Part shown: positions 37,326-46,281 of the stretch, in pieces
How the letters are laid out: the number at the start of each line of letters is the position of its first letter
Position numbering within the stretch: position 1 is the first letter of the stretch
Assembly (NCBI GenBank): GCA_040218735.1
Contig: JAVJQW010000057.1
Span: 480,001 to 544,000, forward strand
Direction: 5' to 3'
DNA: 64,000 bases
DNA from: Deltaproteobacteria bacterium
GTDB taxonomy: Bacteria; Myxococcota; Kuafuiibacteriia; Kuafuiibacteriales; Kuafuiibacteriaceae
Notes under the pieces: model-generated
The model's database searches: none
What the model saw: the letters and a program-made list of their open reading frames with translations, nothing else
What the model was told of the DNA's origin: nothing
Made by a program: the position numbers and the translations under genes

Positions 37326-38126
37326 ATGCCCCGCCCCTACGCGCTCCCGCTCCTCCTCTTCCTCTGCGCCTGCCCCGAGTCCGAACCGGTCGACACCACC
37401 ACCCGCGACGGCGGCCCGAACGTCACCACCGACGCCGGCACCCGCGACGGCGGCGACCTCACGAACGAGACGCCCGGTGACCGCATCGCGCGCCTCGTCT
37501 GCGAGCGCGAGGTGGAGTGCTGCCCGGGCAACAGCTCGAACTGCGACATCCTCGGCTCCGTCCTCGACGCCCGCTTCACCGGCCCCGGCATCGAGCTCGA
37601 CCCGACCGGCTACGACGCCTGCGTCGCCAAGATCCAAAACGCCACCTGCGACGAAGTGGTCGATTTCGGCGGACGCCTCCCGTTCGCGCGGTTCTGCGAC
37701 GCCGACGCGACGACGCGCCCCACGCTCGACAACGGCGCCGCGTGCGGCGGCCTGTTCGCGGACCTGGCCTGCCGCTCCGGGCGCTGCGGCCCCGACGACA
37801 CCTGCATCGATCTCGCGGGCGACGGCGAAGACTGCGGACCGGGCGAATGCGCCGCAGGGCTGAAATGCAGCCTGGGAACGTGCCGCATCCCCACCGCCGC
37901 CGACGAGGTCTGCGAACAAAACTCCGTCTGCGTCGACGGCTACGAATGCTTCCGCATGAACCCGAACGAAGACGCGCGGTGCCACGCGATCACCACGATC
38001 GCGGTCGGCGAGACATGCGGCCGGGGCCTCGAATGTACGCTCGGCCCCGACGAATGCCGCTGCCCACGCGGCCAAACCGGCTGCGGCAGGGGCGTCTGCG
38101 GCTCGCGTTCGTACTGCCTCCCCTGA
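37326..38126 (+). CDS. Cysteine-rich lipoprotein
   Basis: Lipobox LCAC, RDGG/DAG linker, many Cys in repeated GxxC patterns. Confidence 0.8.
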   Translation: MPRPYALPLLLFLCACPESEPVDTTTRDGGPNVTTDAGTRDGGDLTNETPGDRIARLVCEREVECCPGNSSNCDILGSVLDARFTGPGIELDPTGYDACVAKIQNATCDEVVDFGGRLPFARFCDADATTRPTLDNGAACGGLFADLACRSGRCGPDDTCIDLAGDGEDCGPGECAAGLKCSLGTCRIPTAADEVCEQNSVCVDGYECFRMNPNEDARCHAITTIAVGETCGRGLECTLGPDECRCPRGQTGCGRGVCGSRSYCLP

Positions 38127-38184
38127 CCCGCTCCACACGAACGACCGACCCCGCGCCACGTCACCATTTGGTAGACGCGCAACG

Positions 38185-39318
38185 ATGCGTTCGTTCGCTC
38201 CCGCACTCGCGGCGCTCCTCATCGCCTGCTCCGGCGCCGAACCGATCGACGACGTGACGCGCGACGGCGGCGTCGACACCACCGACCCACGCGACGCCGG
38301 TACACACGACGCCGGCTCGGCGACCGACTCCGGCGCTACGCGCGACGCCGGCTCGACCACCGACGGCGGCAACCCCGACGCCGGCACGGATCGCGACGGC
38401 GGTGCGGAGCGCGACGGCGGACTCCAAGAACGCGACGGCGGCGACACACCGACGCCCGTCGCACCGCCGACCCTCCCCGGGCCGTACACCTCAACCGCGT
38501 TGAACGGTACGGCACCGACGACCAGCACGAACGACATCGACATGAGCTGCCTCGTTCCGTCGCAGGGTCCGAGCGCCGGCCCCTACCCTGTCGTGCTCGT
38601 GCTCCACGGGTTCCGCATCGACGCGAACCTCTACGACAGCTACGTCGAGCGGCTCGCGTCCCACGGCTTCGTCGCGTGCACGGCGGACTTTGCGGCGAGT
38701 GTCATCCCGAACCACGTCGAGAGCGCACAGGACATCCTCGAAGGCCTCGACTGGGTCCTCGCGCAGACGACGGACGCCGACCCCGACCGCGTCGCGCTGG
38801 TCGGTCACTCCCTCGGTGGAAAACTCGCCGTCTACGGCGCGTCGATGGATCCGACGATCGACGCCATCGTCGGCCTCGACCCGGTCGACGGCGCGATGCT
38901 GTGCAACGCCACGCGCTGCCCCGACGCGACCGACATGCTCCCGGTGTCGATCCCCACCGCGTTCCTCGGACAGACACTCGACCGGATGCCCGGCCTCGGC
39001 GGCCAAGCCTGCACGCCGACCGCGGACAGCTACACGACGTTCTACACGCCGGCGACGAGCCCGTCCCTGGAGGTCACGATGAACGGCGCGAGCCACATGA
39101 GCTTCGTCGACGATCTCGAGGCGTGTGGATTTGTCTGCTCGGTCTGCCAGGAGGCGACGATGGCCCAAGCCGACGCGCTCGCGATCGCACGCGCGTATAC
39201 GACCGCGTTCTTGTTGCGCCACGTCGTCGGCGACGCCGGCTACGACAGCTGGCTCACGGGCGCCGACGCCAATGTGAACTGGATCGCGGGCGGCGCGATC
39301 ACCGTGCAGTCCAAGTGA
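38185..39318 (+). CDS. Chlorophyllase/cutinase-like alpha/beta hydrolase lipoprotein
   Basis: Lipobox LIAC; YPVVLVLHGF, LASHGF, GHSLGG nucleophile, GLDPVD, GASHMSF. Confidence 0.87.
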   Translation: MRSFAPALAALLIACSGAEPIDDVTRDGGVDTTDPRDAGTHDAGSATDSGATRDAGSTTDGGNPDAGTDRDGGAERDGGLQERDGGDTPTPVAPPTLPGPYTSTALNGTAPTTSTNDIDMSCLVPSQGPSAGPYPVVLVLHGFRIDANLYDSYVERLASHGFVACTADFAASVIPNHVESAQDILEGLDWVLAQTTDADPDRVALVGHSLGGKLAVYGASMDPTIDAIVGLDPVDGAMLCNATRCPDATDMLPVSIPTAFLGQTLDRMPGLGGQACTPTADSYTTFYTPATSPSLEVTMNGASHMSFVDDLEACGFVCSVCQEATMAQADALAIARAYTTAFLLRHVVGDAGYDSWLTGADANVNWIAGGAITVQSK

Positions 39319-39319
39319 C

Positions 39320-40231
39320 TCAGCCGAAGTGCGCTGCGAGGATGCGCGCGCTCATCAGCGTGTCGCGGTAGGGCACCTGGCCCGCGTCGTTGCCCGCGGC
39401 GCCTGCGACGACCATCAGCGGCAGCAAGTGTTCCTCGCGCGGGTGCGCCTCGCGTGCGCCGGGCGCCGTCGCCCACTTCGCGAGCCGGGCTTCGCGATCC
39501 GACTTCGGGAGCGCGACCGTCTCGGCGAGCCAGTCGTCGAACGGCTTCGACATCGCGCCCCCGTTGTTGCTCTTGAACGCGCGCATGTTGTGGAAGCTCA
39601 TGCCGCTCCCTACGATGTAGACGCCCTCCTCGCGCAGCGGCGCGAGCGCCCGTCCGAGCGCGAGGTGCGCCTCGGGGTCGAGGCCCTTCACGAGCGACAG
39701 CTGCACGGTGGGGATGTCGGCCTTCGGGTAGGCGACCATCATCGGTACGAACGTGCCGTGGTCGAAGCCACGCTCCGGCGCGGACGCGACCTTCACGCCG
39801 GCCCCGTCCAGCAGCTCCGCGACACGCGCCGCGACGTCCGGCGCACCCGGTGCCGGCCACTGAACCTTGTAGGTGTGCTCCGGGAAGCCGTAGTAGTCGT
39901 AGAGCATCGGCGGGCGCGCCGCGGTCAGGACCGTCGCTACGTCCTCTTCCCAGTGCGCGGAGATCACCAACGCGGCGCGCGGCTTCTCGGCCGGGACGTT
40001 CGGGAGGCCCTGCAGGTACTTCGTCAGGCGCGCGAGCGAGTCCGGCTCGCCCCATGGTTGGTCCATGATGTTCCACGGGCCGCCGCCGTGCGGCAGATAG
40101 ACCGCCGGCATCTTCTTCGTCTTGGTCGCACTCATCGTCGTTCCTTCCCACCACACCGCGGTCGCCGCGGTTCCGGCCGCGACGAGCGCGGTCCTCCGCG
40201 TCACCTTGTTGTCCTGCTTCGGGTCGCTCAT
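39320..40231 (-). CDS. DODA/LigB-type class III extradiol dioxygenase
   Basis: LPHGGGPW, ISAHWE, YDYYGFP, RGFDHGTFVP, GSGMSFHN, AHPREEHLLPL. Confidence 0.92.
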   Translation of the reverse strand: MSDPKQDNKVTRRTALVAAGTAATAVWWEGTTMSATKTKKMPAVYLPHGGGPWNIMDQPWGEPDSLARLTKYLQGLPNVPAEKPRAALVISAHWEEDVATVLTAARPPMLYDYYGFPEHTYKVQWPAPGAPDVAARVAELLDGAGVKVASAPERGFDHGTFVPMMVAYPKADIPTVQLSLVKGLDPEAHLALGRALAPLREEGVYIVGSGMSFHNMRAFKSNNGGAMSKPFDDWLAETVALPKSDREARLAKWATAPGAREAHPREEHLLPLMVVAGAAGNDAGQVPYRDTLMSARILAAHFG

Positions 40232-41202
40232 CCGGATCCCTTCGTCGTGTACTCGAGCGTTCGGTAGGACGCCTCGAAGTCCATCCGGGCGAGGGCGCCT
40301 TCGAGGCGTCGCCGCGCCTCACGTTGGGTGAAGTAGTGCCGTTCGACCCAGTGGTCGAGCAAGAAGGGCTCGGGCCCGAGCGCCGCGAGTATCTTTCGGA
40401 CCTCGGTCAACGACGGGCGATCGTCTTCGTCCTTCGCGAGGCACGCGTTCGTGATTCGTGTCAGCTCCGGATCGAGGCCGGCGCGCCGTTCGGCGAGGTC
40501 GGGGGTGGCGTCCGAGCGGATCGCCATCAGCGTCGCGAGACCCGTGTCGCCGATGAAGGGGGGGCGCCCCGCCAACATGCGATGAAGCCCGTAGCCCACC
40601 GAGTAGACGAACGTCTTCGCCGTCGGTTTCCTTCCGTCGATCGACTCCGGTGCGAGGTAGCTGTAGTCGTGCTCGAGCAGCCCGGCGGCGGCGCCGTGTG
40701 AGTAGTGCCGCCAGTCGGGGTAAGCGTGGAACGCGAGCGTGAGCTCACCGCGCGCGGTGAGGCCCCAGTCCTCGGTGGGTTTGTAGGTGATGTCGCTGCG
40801 CGGGGTCGACGCGACCTCCTCGAGCACCGTGACGAGCGCGTGGTGAAAGGTCACCGCGAGCGCGGGGTCGATGGCGCCGCGCACCTCGAGCTCGTGCCGC
40901 GTGGCGTCCTCCCAACTCACGAGGCGGTCGTCGGTGTGAACGAATCCGATGATGTTCCCGTCGGCCTCGAGGGTCTCGACGAGCGCGGAGACGGCGCCGC
41001 CCCCGACGGCGCCGAGGACCTCCGCGTGCCCACTTATTCCGCGAAGGACGTCGTCCAGCGTTTCGAACGAACGCCAGATGCCGACGCGGCGCACGCGGCC
41101 TTCGTGCCGGGCGACGCCCTCCGTGACCGAAAACCAGTAGCGCGAATCCGGTTGCGCCGTCGCGATGCTCCTGCCGACGCGCTCGAACAGCTTCAGCTTC
41201 AT
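40228..41202 (-). CDS. Ser/Thr kinase-fold protein, likely pseudokinase
   Basis: C-lobe motifs YLAPE, VYSVG..L..MLAGRPPF, CLAKDEDDRPS present; no VAIK, HRD or DFG. Confidence 0.7.
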   Translation of the reverse strand: MKLKLFERVGRSIATAQPDSRYWFSVTEGVARHEGRVRRVGIWRSFETLDDVLRGISGHAEVLGAVGGGAVSALVETLEADGNIIGFVHTDDRLVSWEDATRHELEVRGAIDPALAVTFHHALVTVLEEVASTPRSDITYKPTEDWGLTARGELTLAFHAYPDWRHYSHGAAAGLLEHDYSYLAPESIDGRKPTAKTFVYSVGYGLHRMLAGRPPFIGDTGLATLMAIRSDATPDLAERRAGLDPELTRITNACLAKDEDDRPSLTEVRKILAALGPEPFLLDHWVERHYFTQREARRRLEGALARMDFEASYRTLEYTTKGSG

Positions 41203-41840
41203 CGCGCCTCCACGGCGACGTAGCCGGTGGGGTGCCGAAGCACCGCGGTGTGCGGCGCGATGCGAACGTCGATGCTCACGCGCGTTTGTGTCTCGGGCGC
41301 GCGCGCCGCGTGCACGTGGAGCGGCGTGAAGAGGAGCACCTCCCCGGCGGAGGTTTCGTACGGGACCAGCGCGTCGTCGTCGTCTGCGAGGCCCCACGCG
41401 TCGGCGGGCGGACGGAACCCCGGTTGCACGCGGAGCGCGGCGGAGCCGCGTGCGTCCGTCAGCGCGATCCACACGTTGCGCTCGTCGAGCGGGTGGCCGA
41501 TCCCGTGATCGGTGTGCGGCGGCACCGGGGATCGTGTGTCGCCGGGGATCAGGATGCGGAAGTGCGACGTGCTCTGCACGACGACTTCGGACCAAACGAG
41601 CGCGGGTATCGCGGCGCGGAGCACTTCGAACAACGCGTCTCGATGTGAACGGCAGCGACTCGCGACGGTGAGGTGATGCGCCAGCTCGGCGGCGCGCTTC
41701 CCGTCGATGTGCTCGTGGAGTCGATCGAGCTCGTCGTCGATCCCCGCGGCCCGCAGCGTGTCACGCGCCCAGGCGATCAGACCCGAGACGTCGACGCGCC
41801 GCCGCTCGACGTCCCACGGTGGCAGTGGCCCCAGGCTCAC
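41199..41840 (-). CDS. 2OG-Fe(II) oxygenase (PhyH-like fold)
   Basis: VPPHTD, NVWIALTD, GEVLLF..LHVH, TRVSIDVR; start GTG 41840 or TTG 41891. Confidence 0.75.
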   Translation of the reverse strand: MSLGPLPPWDVERRRVDVSGLIAWARDTLRAAGIDDELDRLHEHIDGKRAAELAHHLTVASRCRSHRDALFEVLRAAIPALVWSEVVVQSTSHFRILIPGDTRSPVPPHTDHGIGHPLDERNVWIALTDARGSAALRVQPGFRPPADAWGLADDDDALVPYETSAGEVLLFTPLHVHAARAPETQTRVSIDVRIAPHTAVLRHPTGYVAVEAR

Positions 41841-41881
41841 GGAGGTGCATTGTGGCCCGAGGTGCCGACCCGGTGCGAGGG

Positions 41882-42820
41882 TCAGCTCCAACCCTTCATC
41901 CACGGCTGCGCCACGTACCGATCCCAACCGTCCGGCAGCACCGTCACCACCGGTCCGTCCACCTCTCCGCGCGCTGCGATGCGGAGCGCGGCGACGACGT
42001 TCGTGCCCGCGCTGCCGCCGACGAGGAGGCCCTCCTCGCGGACGAGCCGCTGGACCATCGCGAAGCTCTCTTCGTCCGAGACCCGCTCGGCGGCATCGAT
42101 CACTTCGCGAATCAAATTCGTCGGTGGCAGGCTGCCGCCGATGCCTTCGACCGCGTAGGCGCCATCGGGCCCTACGACCCCGGTTTCGACCCAATCCGCG
42201 AGACCCGAGCCCACCGGGTCAGCGAGCACCACCTTGGCGCCGACCCCATCGAATTTCAGACGGCGGCCCACGCCGCTGATCGTTCCGCCCGTCCCCGCGC
42301 CGGCGACGAAGGCGCCGATGTGGCCGCCGGTGGCGTCGAGGATCTCCTGCGCGGTGGTCGTCTCGTGCACGGCGACGTTCGCAGGGTTGTCGAACTGCGC
42401 GGTAAGGAACCAGCCCTCCTCGTCCGCCATGCGCTGCGCGACGTTGCGGAAGTTGTCGGGGCTGTCGAGCGGCGCGTTCGGCGTGACGACCACGCGCGCG
42501 CCGAGCATCTGCAGCGCGACGCGTTTGTCGACGGACATCTTCTCGGGCATCACACACACGAGCCCGTAGCCGCGCGCCGCGGCGACCAACGCCAGTCCGA
42601 CGCCGGTGTTCCCGGCCGTAGCCTCCACCAGCGTCGCCCCGGGCTTCAGCGCACCTCGGCGCTCCGCGTCCTCGACGATCGCCTTCGCGATGCGGTCCTT
42701 GATCGAGCCGCCGGGGTTCAGATGCTCGCACTTCGCGAGGACCGGAACCGGCAGACCACGCCCGAGGTGAGCGAGCTCGACGAGGGGCGTCTCTCCGATC
42801 GCATCCAAGATCCGCGACAC
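41882..42820 (-). CDS. PLP-dependent cysteine synthase / cystathionine beta-synthase family
   Basis: IGETPLV, KCEHLNPGGSIKDR, EATAGNTG, QFDNPAN, GAGTGGT, EEGLLVGGSAG. Confidence 0.93.
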   Translation of the reverse strand: MSRILDAIGETPLVELAHLGRGLPVPVLAKCEHLNPGGSIKDRIAKAIVEDAERRGALKPGATLVEATAGNTGVGLALVAAARGYGLVCVMPEKMSVDKRVALQMLGARVVVTPNAPLDSPDNFRNVAQRMADEEGWFLTAQFDNPANVAVHETTTAQEILDATGGHIGAFVAGAGTGGTISGVGRRLKFDGVGAKVVLADPVGSGLADWVETGVVGPDGAYAVEGIGGSLPPTNLIREVIDAAERVSDEESFAMVQRLVREEGLLVGGSAGTNVVAALRIAARGEVDGPVVTVLPDGWDRYVAQPWMKGWS

Positions 42821-42867
42821 GGTCGGGAGCCTCGCGAACCGGCGCACCTTCCGCAAGCGCGACGCGC

Positions 42868-44292
42868 TCAGGAAAACCGCGCCGCGATCTCTTGGACCCT
42901 CTGACCGAGCTCCCACTTCAACACGTCGGCCGAAGCGTTCATCGCGTAAGCGTGGTGCGCGTCCCAGCTCGGGTTTCGCATCCCCTCGGCCGCGAACGGG
43001 ACTCGCCAGCGTAGCTGCCGCGTCGCGAAGGTCGCGTAGAAGCGCGCGAGGGTGTCTCGGTCGGTCGCCGCGAGGCGATCGACCTGGGCTTCGATCTTCG
43101 CGATCAGCTCGTCGCGCGCTGCTTCGGGCGTGACGGAGCGCGCCCAGCTCGCGTGGGCTTCGTGGCTCGTCGTCGCGCGTCCCCCCGTCATCCCGCCGAG
43201 CTTCGCGATCAAGACGGACTCGTCCGCGTAGTAGGCGTCGCGCGGGACGACCTTGCGCTCCGCCCACGCGCGCCCCTTCCACGCCGGTCCATCGTCGAAC
43301 GGGACGGCGGGCACCGTGTCCGGTGCGTCGAAGAGCTGCACGCCGAGTGAGGCGCCCGCGCGGTTCCCGGACAGGTCGCCGGTGACGAACCCATCGCCGA
43401 GGCCGCCGAACACGTGGAGCGTCGCTTCGATGCGCGCGGTGGGATCTTCGAGGTCCGAGTGGTCACCGAGGCGATCGAGATCGACCGAGGCCGGCGTCCC
43501 CTTCAGCTCGTACGCGCTCCCGACACGCACCGCCTGGTCCCACGCGCTCTGGTGGAGCGCGGAGTCGAAGTCGGGGCGCGGGATGAACGCCCAGACCTCG
43601 TCGTAGGCGGGCGGTCCGCCGAGGGTGCCGGGGAGCAGAGAGCTCGGGTAGCCCTTCACGCGATCGTACGCCTCGTCGACCTTCTTCGCGTCGTCGTTCG
43701 GATCCATCGCGTCGGCGACGGCGTCCATCGAGTCCGCGAGCTTGCCGTCGCCGTAGTTACGATCGAACAGCCACACGTACGCGAACATGCACTGCGCCGC
43801 GACGTGCCACGCACGGTCCATCGCGAAGCTCCCCTCGCGGTCGTCGGGGATGAAGCCGGGGAAGGCCATGCGGTTCTCACCGGCGACACCAAGGGCGTGG
43901 GCGGCGACGGCGACGACGGCCACGAGGTTCACACGCCGCGCGTGCGCGACCGGATCGTTGCCCGGCGTCGTCACCTGCTGCGCGGCGAGCGTTCGGGCCA
44001 GCGCGTACAGATCTGCGACGCGCTTCGGCGCGCGCGGTCCGCTCATCGCACTGCTGAGCTGACGAAATACGTTGCGTACGGGCGGCTGGTGCTCGATCTG
44101 CTGGGCGGCGAACGTCGCAAACGCGTGGTTGCCCTCGGCCGGGTCCAGGACCATCGGGAACAACACCCCCGCCGACGGCGGAAACGCGGGCACCGCCACG
44201 GGATCGGCGGGCGCCGCAGAAGGCGTCGGAGGCGTCGAAACGGCCGGTGGAGCCGCGATCGTGGCGATCCGGCCGGCGCCGGGGATGTTCAC
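42868..44292 (-). CDS. Hypothetical protein with Pro/Ala-rich N-terminus
   Basis: Long ORF, coding bias begins near GTG 44292 (alternative GTG 44313). Confidence 0.7.
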   Translation of the reverse strand: MNIPGAGRIATIAAPPAVSTPPTPSAAPADPVAVPAFPPSAGVLFPMVLDPAEGNHAFATFAAQQIEHQPPVRNVFRQLSSAMSGPRAPKRVADLYALARTLAAQQVTTPGNDPVAHARRVNLVAVVAVAAHALGVAGENRMAFPGFIPDDREGSFAMDRAWHVAAQCMFAYVWLFDRNYGDGKLADSMDAVADAMDPNDDAKKVDEAYDRVKGYPSSLLPGTLGGPPAYDEVWAFIPRPDFDSALHQSAWDQAVRVGSAYELKGTPASVDLDRLGDHSDLEDPTARIEATLHVFGGLGDGFVTGDLSGNRAGASLGVQLFDAPDTVPAVPFDDGPAWKGRAWAERKVVPRDAYYADESVLIAKLGGMTGGRATTSHEAHASWARSVTPEAARDELIAKIEAQVDRLAATDRDTLARFYATFATRQLRWRVPFAAEGMRNPSWDAHHAYAMNASADVLKWELGQRVQEIAARFS

Positions 44293-44403
44293 ACCGTCGA
44301 CGGACCCGACCACGGGTGAGTTTTCGGTCGAACGGGTGCGTTCGTTGCGCCGATCCGGGCGCGGGTGGACAGCGACGACGGTCGGCCAGGATACTGAAAT
44401 TCG

Positions 44404-44766
44404 TTGGGTTCCTGGATCGCCGACCGTACCGCGCAGCGCGCGGCGGAGGACTTCCTCGCGCGCCACGCCACGCTGCACGACCTGCTCGTCGCGGGCGGTG
44501 AAGTGCTCGAGGTCGTAGTCCAGGACGAGTACACCCACGACGTGGTCGCCCGGGTCGCGAACACCATCGCGGTCTTCGACAGCACCTGACTGGGGGGTCT
44601 GCGGCAGGTCCTTGCCGCCACGCGAGTCCCGAGCGCCGATGAGCTGCTCGACCACCGACTCCGCACGGGGTGGCGGCCGACGCCGACCGCGCTCAACGAC
44701 GGACCGAAGATCCTCGGACACGCATCGACGCGCTGCGCACCGAACGGTGACTGCACCCGCGCGTAA
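44404..44766 (+). CDS. Candidate selenoprotein (120 aa, Sec at TGA 44587-44589), family unknown
   Basis: TTG start; ...QDEYTHDVV...VFDST-TGA-LGGLRQV...DELLDHRLRTGWRPTPTALNDGPKILGH...TAA 44764-44766; SECIS-like hairpin 11 nt after TGA. Confidence 0.65.
44601..44618 (+). promoter_or_regulatory. Bacterial SECIS-like hairpin
   Basis: GCGGCAG-GTCC-TTGCCGC 7-bp stem, G-leading apical loop 18 nt after UGA. Confidence 0.6.
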
Positions 44767-44793
44767 GGCGACGACGCAGCGAACGAAGGCGCA

Positions 44794-46155
44794 TCACGGC
44801 GCGTCGCCGGGGAAGGGGTTCGACCAGCGCGCGTCACCGGCAATCGTCTCGTCGGTGAGCGTGTGCAGGAACGCGACGAGGGCAGCGACACCGTTCGGTC
44901 CCAGGTTCAATCGCACCGGTTGGCCCCCTTGCGGCGTGCGGAGGATGGGGTCGAGGTTCGGGTGCGCTTGGACCTCGCGGTCGTAGAAACGCACGACCCG
45001 CTCCAGCGTCGCGAAGCGACCGTCGTGCATGTACGGCGCGGACTGGGCGACGTTGCGGAGCGACGGTGACTTGAACTTGCCATCGTCCTGCGGCCGCCCG
45101 GTCACGTCGCCAAAGCCGTTGTCGTTCGGATCGACGAGGCCGTTGTTCTTCGGCGCGACCATGAAGAACGCGGCGACGTTGTCCCCGGTGGGCGCGCCGG
45201 GCGGCGCGTTCGGCGGAGGCGGGGACACCGGGTTCTGCAGGAGGTGACACGTGGCGCACAACCCAGGCGGCAAGCCCTGTTGCTGACCGAAGAAGATGCG
45301 CTTGCCGAGGTTCTCCTGCGCCGTGAAGTTGGGGAAGTCGTCGCGGATGTCCGAGACCTGTCCGAGGCCCGCGTCCCACTTCGAACGGTAGGAGACGATC
45401 GAGCGGACGAACTGGGCGAGCGCGAGCGAGATGCGCTCGGAGGTCACCGTCGCGTCGCCGAACGCGTCGGTGAACAGCGGACCGTAGTAGTCGACGGCCG
45501 ACAGACGCGTGACCAACGCCTCCAACGTCATACCCATCTCGACCGCGTCCTGAATCGGCATCAGGACCTGCTCCTCCAGCGTGGCGGCGCGCTCGTCCCA
45601 GAACATCGAACCGCGGTGGTAGTAGCGAAGGTTGAGGAGCGGCATCGAGTTGCGGCCCGTCGCGCCCCCCTCGAAGCCCTCGGAGAGCGCTGCGGTGTCG
45701 GAGAACGCCGTCGACTGCGGGTGGCACGAAGCACATGCCTTGGTGCCGTTCGCGCTGAGGCGTTTGTCGTAGAAGAGGACGCGACCGAGCGTCGCACCCG
45801 CGTCGGTGATCGGGTTGTCACCCGGCGTGTTGTCGAAGCCACGCATGCGCCCCGTGGTGAAGTGCGGCGGCAGGTCGTGCCGGTAGTCGAGGAGCGTGGC
45901 CGGCAGCTGCGGCGCCGGGAGCGCGGCGGTCGGGTCCGTCGGGTCCGTGGGATCGGTCGGGTCCGTCGGATCGGTGGGGTCCGTCGGGTCGGTGGGGTCC
46001 GCCGGATCCGCAGGGTCGGTCGGGTCCGTCGGATCCATCGGCGTCGTCCGATCCGTGCGCCCGGTCGGGTAGTAGGGCGTCCGTTCGGCGTCGTCCGTCT
46101 CGGGGACACCGCAGGCGGTCAGGGCGAGGGCAAGCAGGAGTCGGTTCGTCTTCAT
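44794..46155 (-). CDS. Di-heme cytochrome c peroxidase (MauG/CcpA family) lipoprotein
   Basis: Lipobox LTAC; LGRVLFYDKRLS, CASCH, FWDERA, CATCH, FKSPSLRNVA..APYMHDG. Confidence 0.93.
   Translation of the reverse strand: MKTNRLLLALALTACGVPETDDAERTPYYPTGRTDRTTPMDPTDPTDPADPADPTDPTDPTDPTDPTDPTDPTDPTAALPAPQLPATLLDYRHDLPPHFTTGRMRGFDNTPGDNPITDAGATLGRVLFYDKRLSANGTKACASCHPQSTAFSDTAALSEGFEGGATGRNSMPLLNLRYYHRGSMFWDERAATLEEQVLMPIQDAVEMGMTLEALVTRLSAVDYYGPLFTDAFGDATVTSERISLALAQFVRSIVSYRSKWDAGLGQVSDIRDDFPNFTAQENLGKRIFFGQQQGLPPGLCATCHLLQNPVSPPPPNAPPGAPTGDNVAAFFMVAPKNNGLVDPNDNGFGDVTGRPQDDGKFKSPSLRNVAQSAPYMHDGRFATLERVVRFYDREVQAHPNLDPILRTPQGGQPVRLNLGPNGVAALVAFLHTLTDETIAGDARWSNPFPGDAP
45928..46036 (-). repeat. 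9-bp coding tandem repeat (Asp-Pro-Thr/Ala)n linker
   Basis: DPTDPTDPADPADPTDPT... about 12 units in the peroxidase N-terminus. Confidence 0.9.
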
Positions 46156-46281
46156 CGTGTGCGTGGTTCTCCGTTCGTTCGGCCAAACCCGAAGGGGGTT
46201 GGAGCCGAACACCCATCCACGCGACGTCTGTCTCGAAAGTCCGCAGTCCGTGTATCGATGGGACGCAGATCACGACGATGA

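Noticed and set aside
45928-46036. Tandem repeat as possible CRISPR or VNTR element
   Set aside because: 9-bp in-frame repeat with synonymous variation encoding a DPT linker; no spacers and no cas genes
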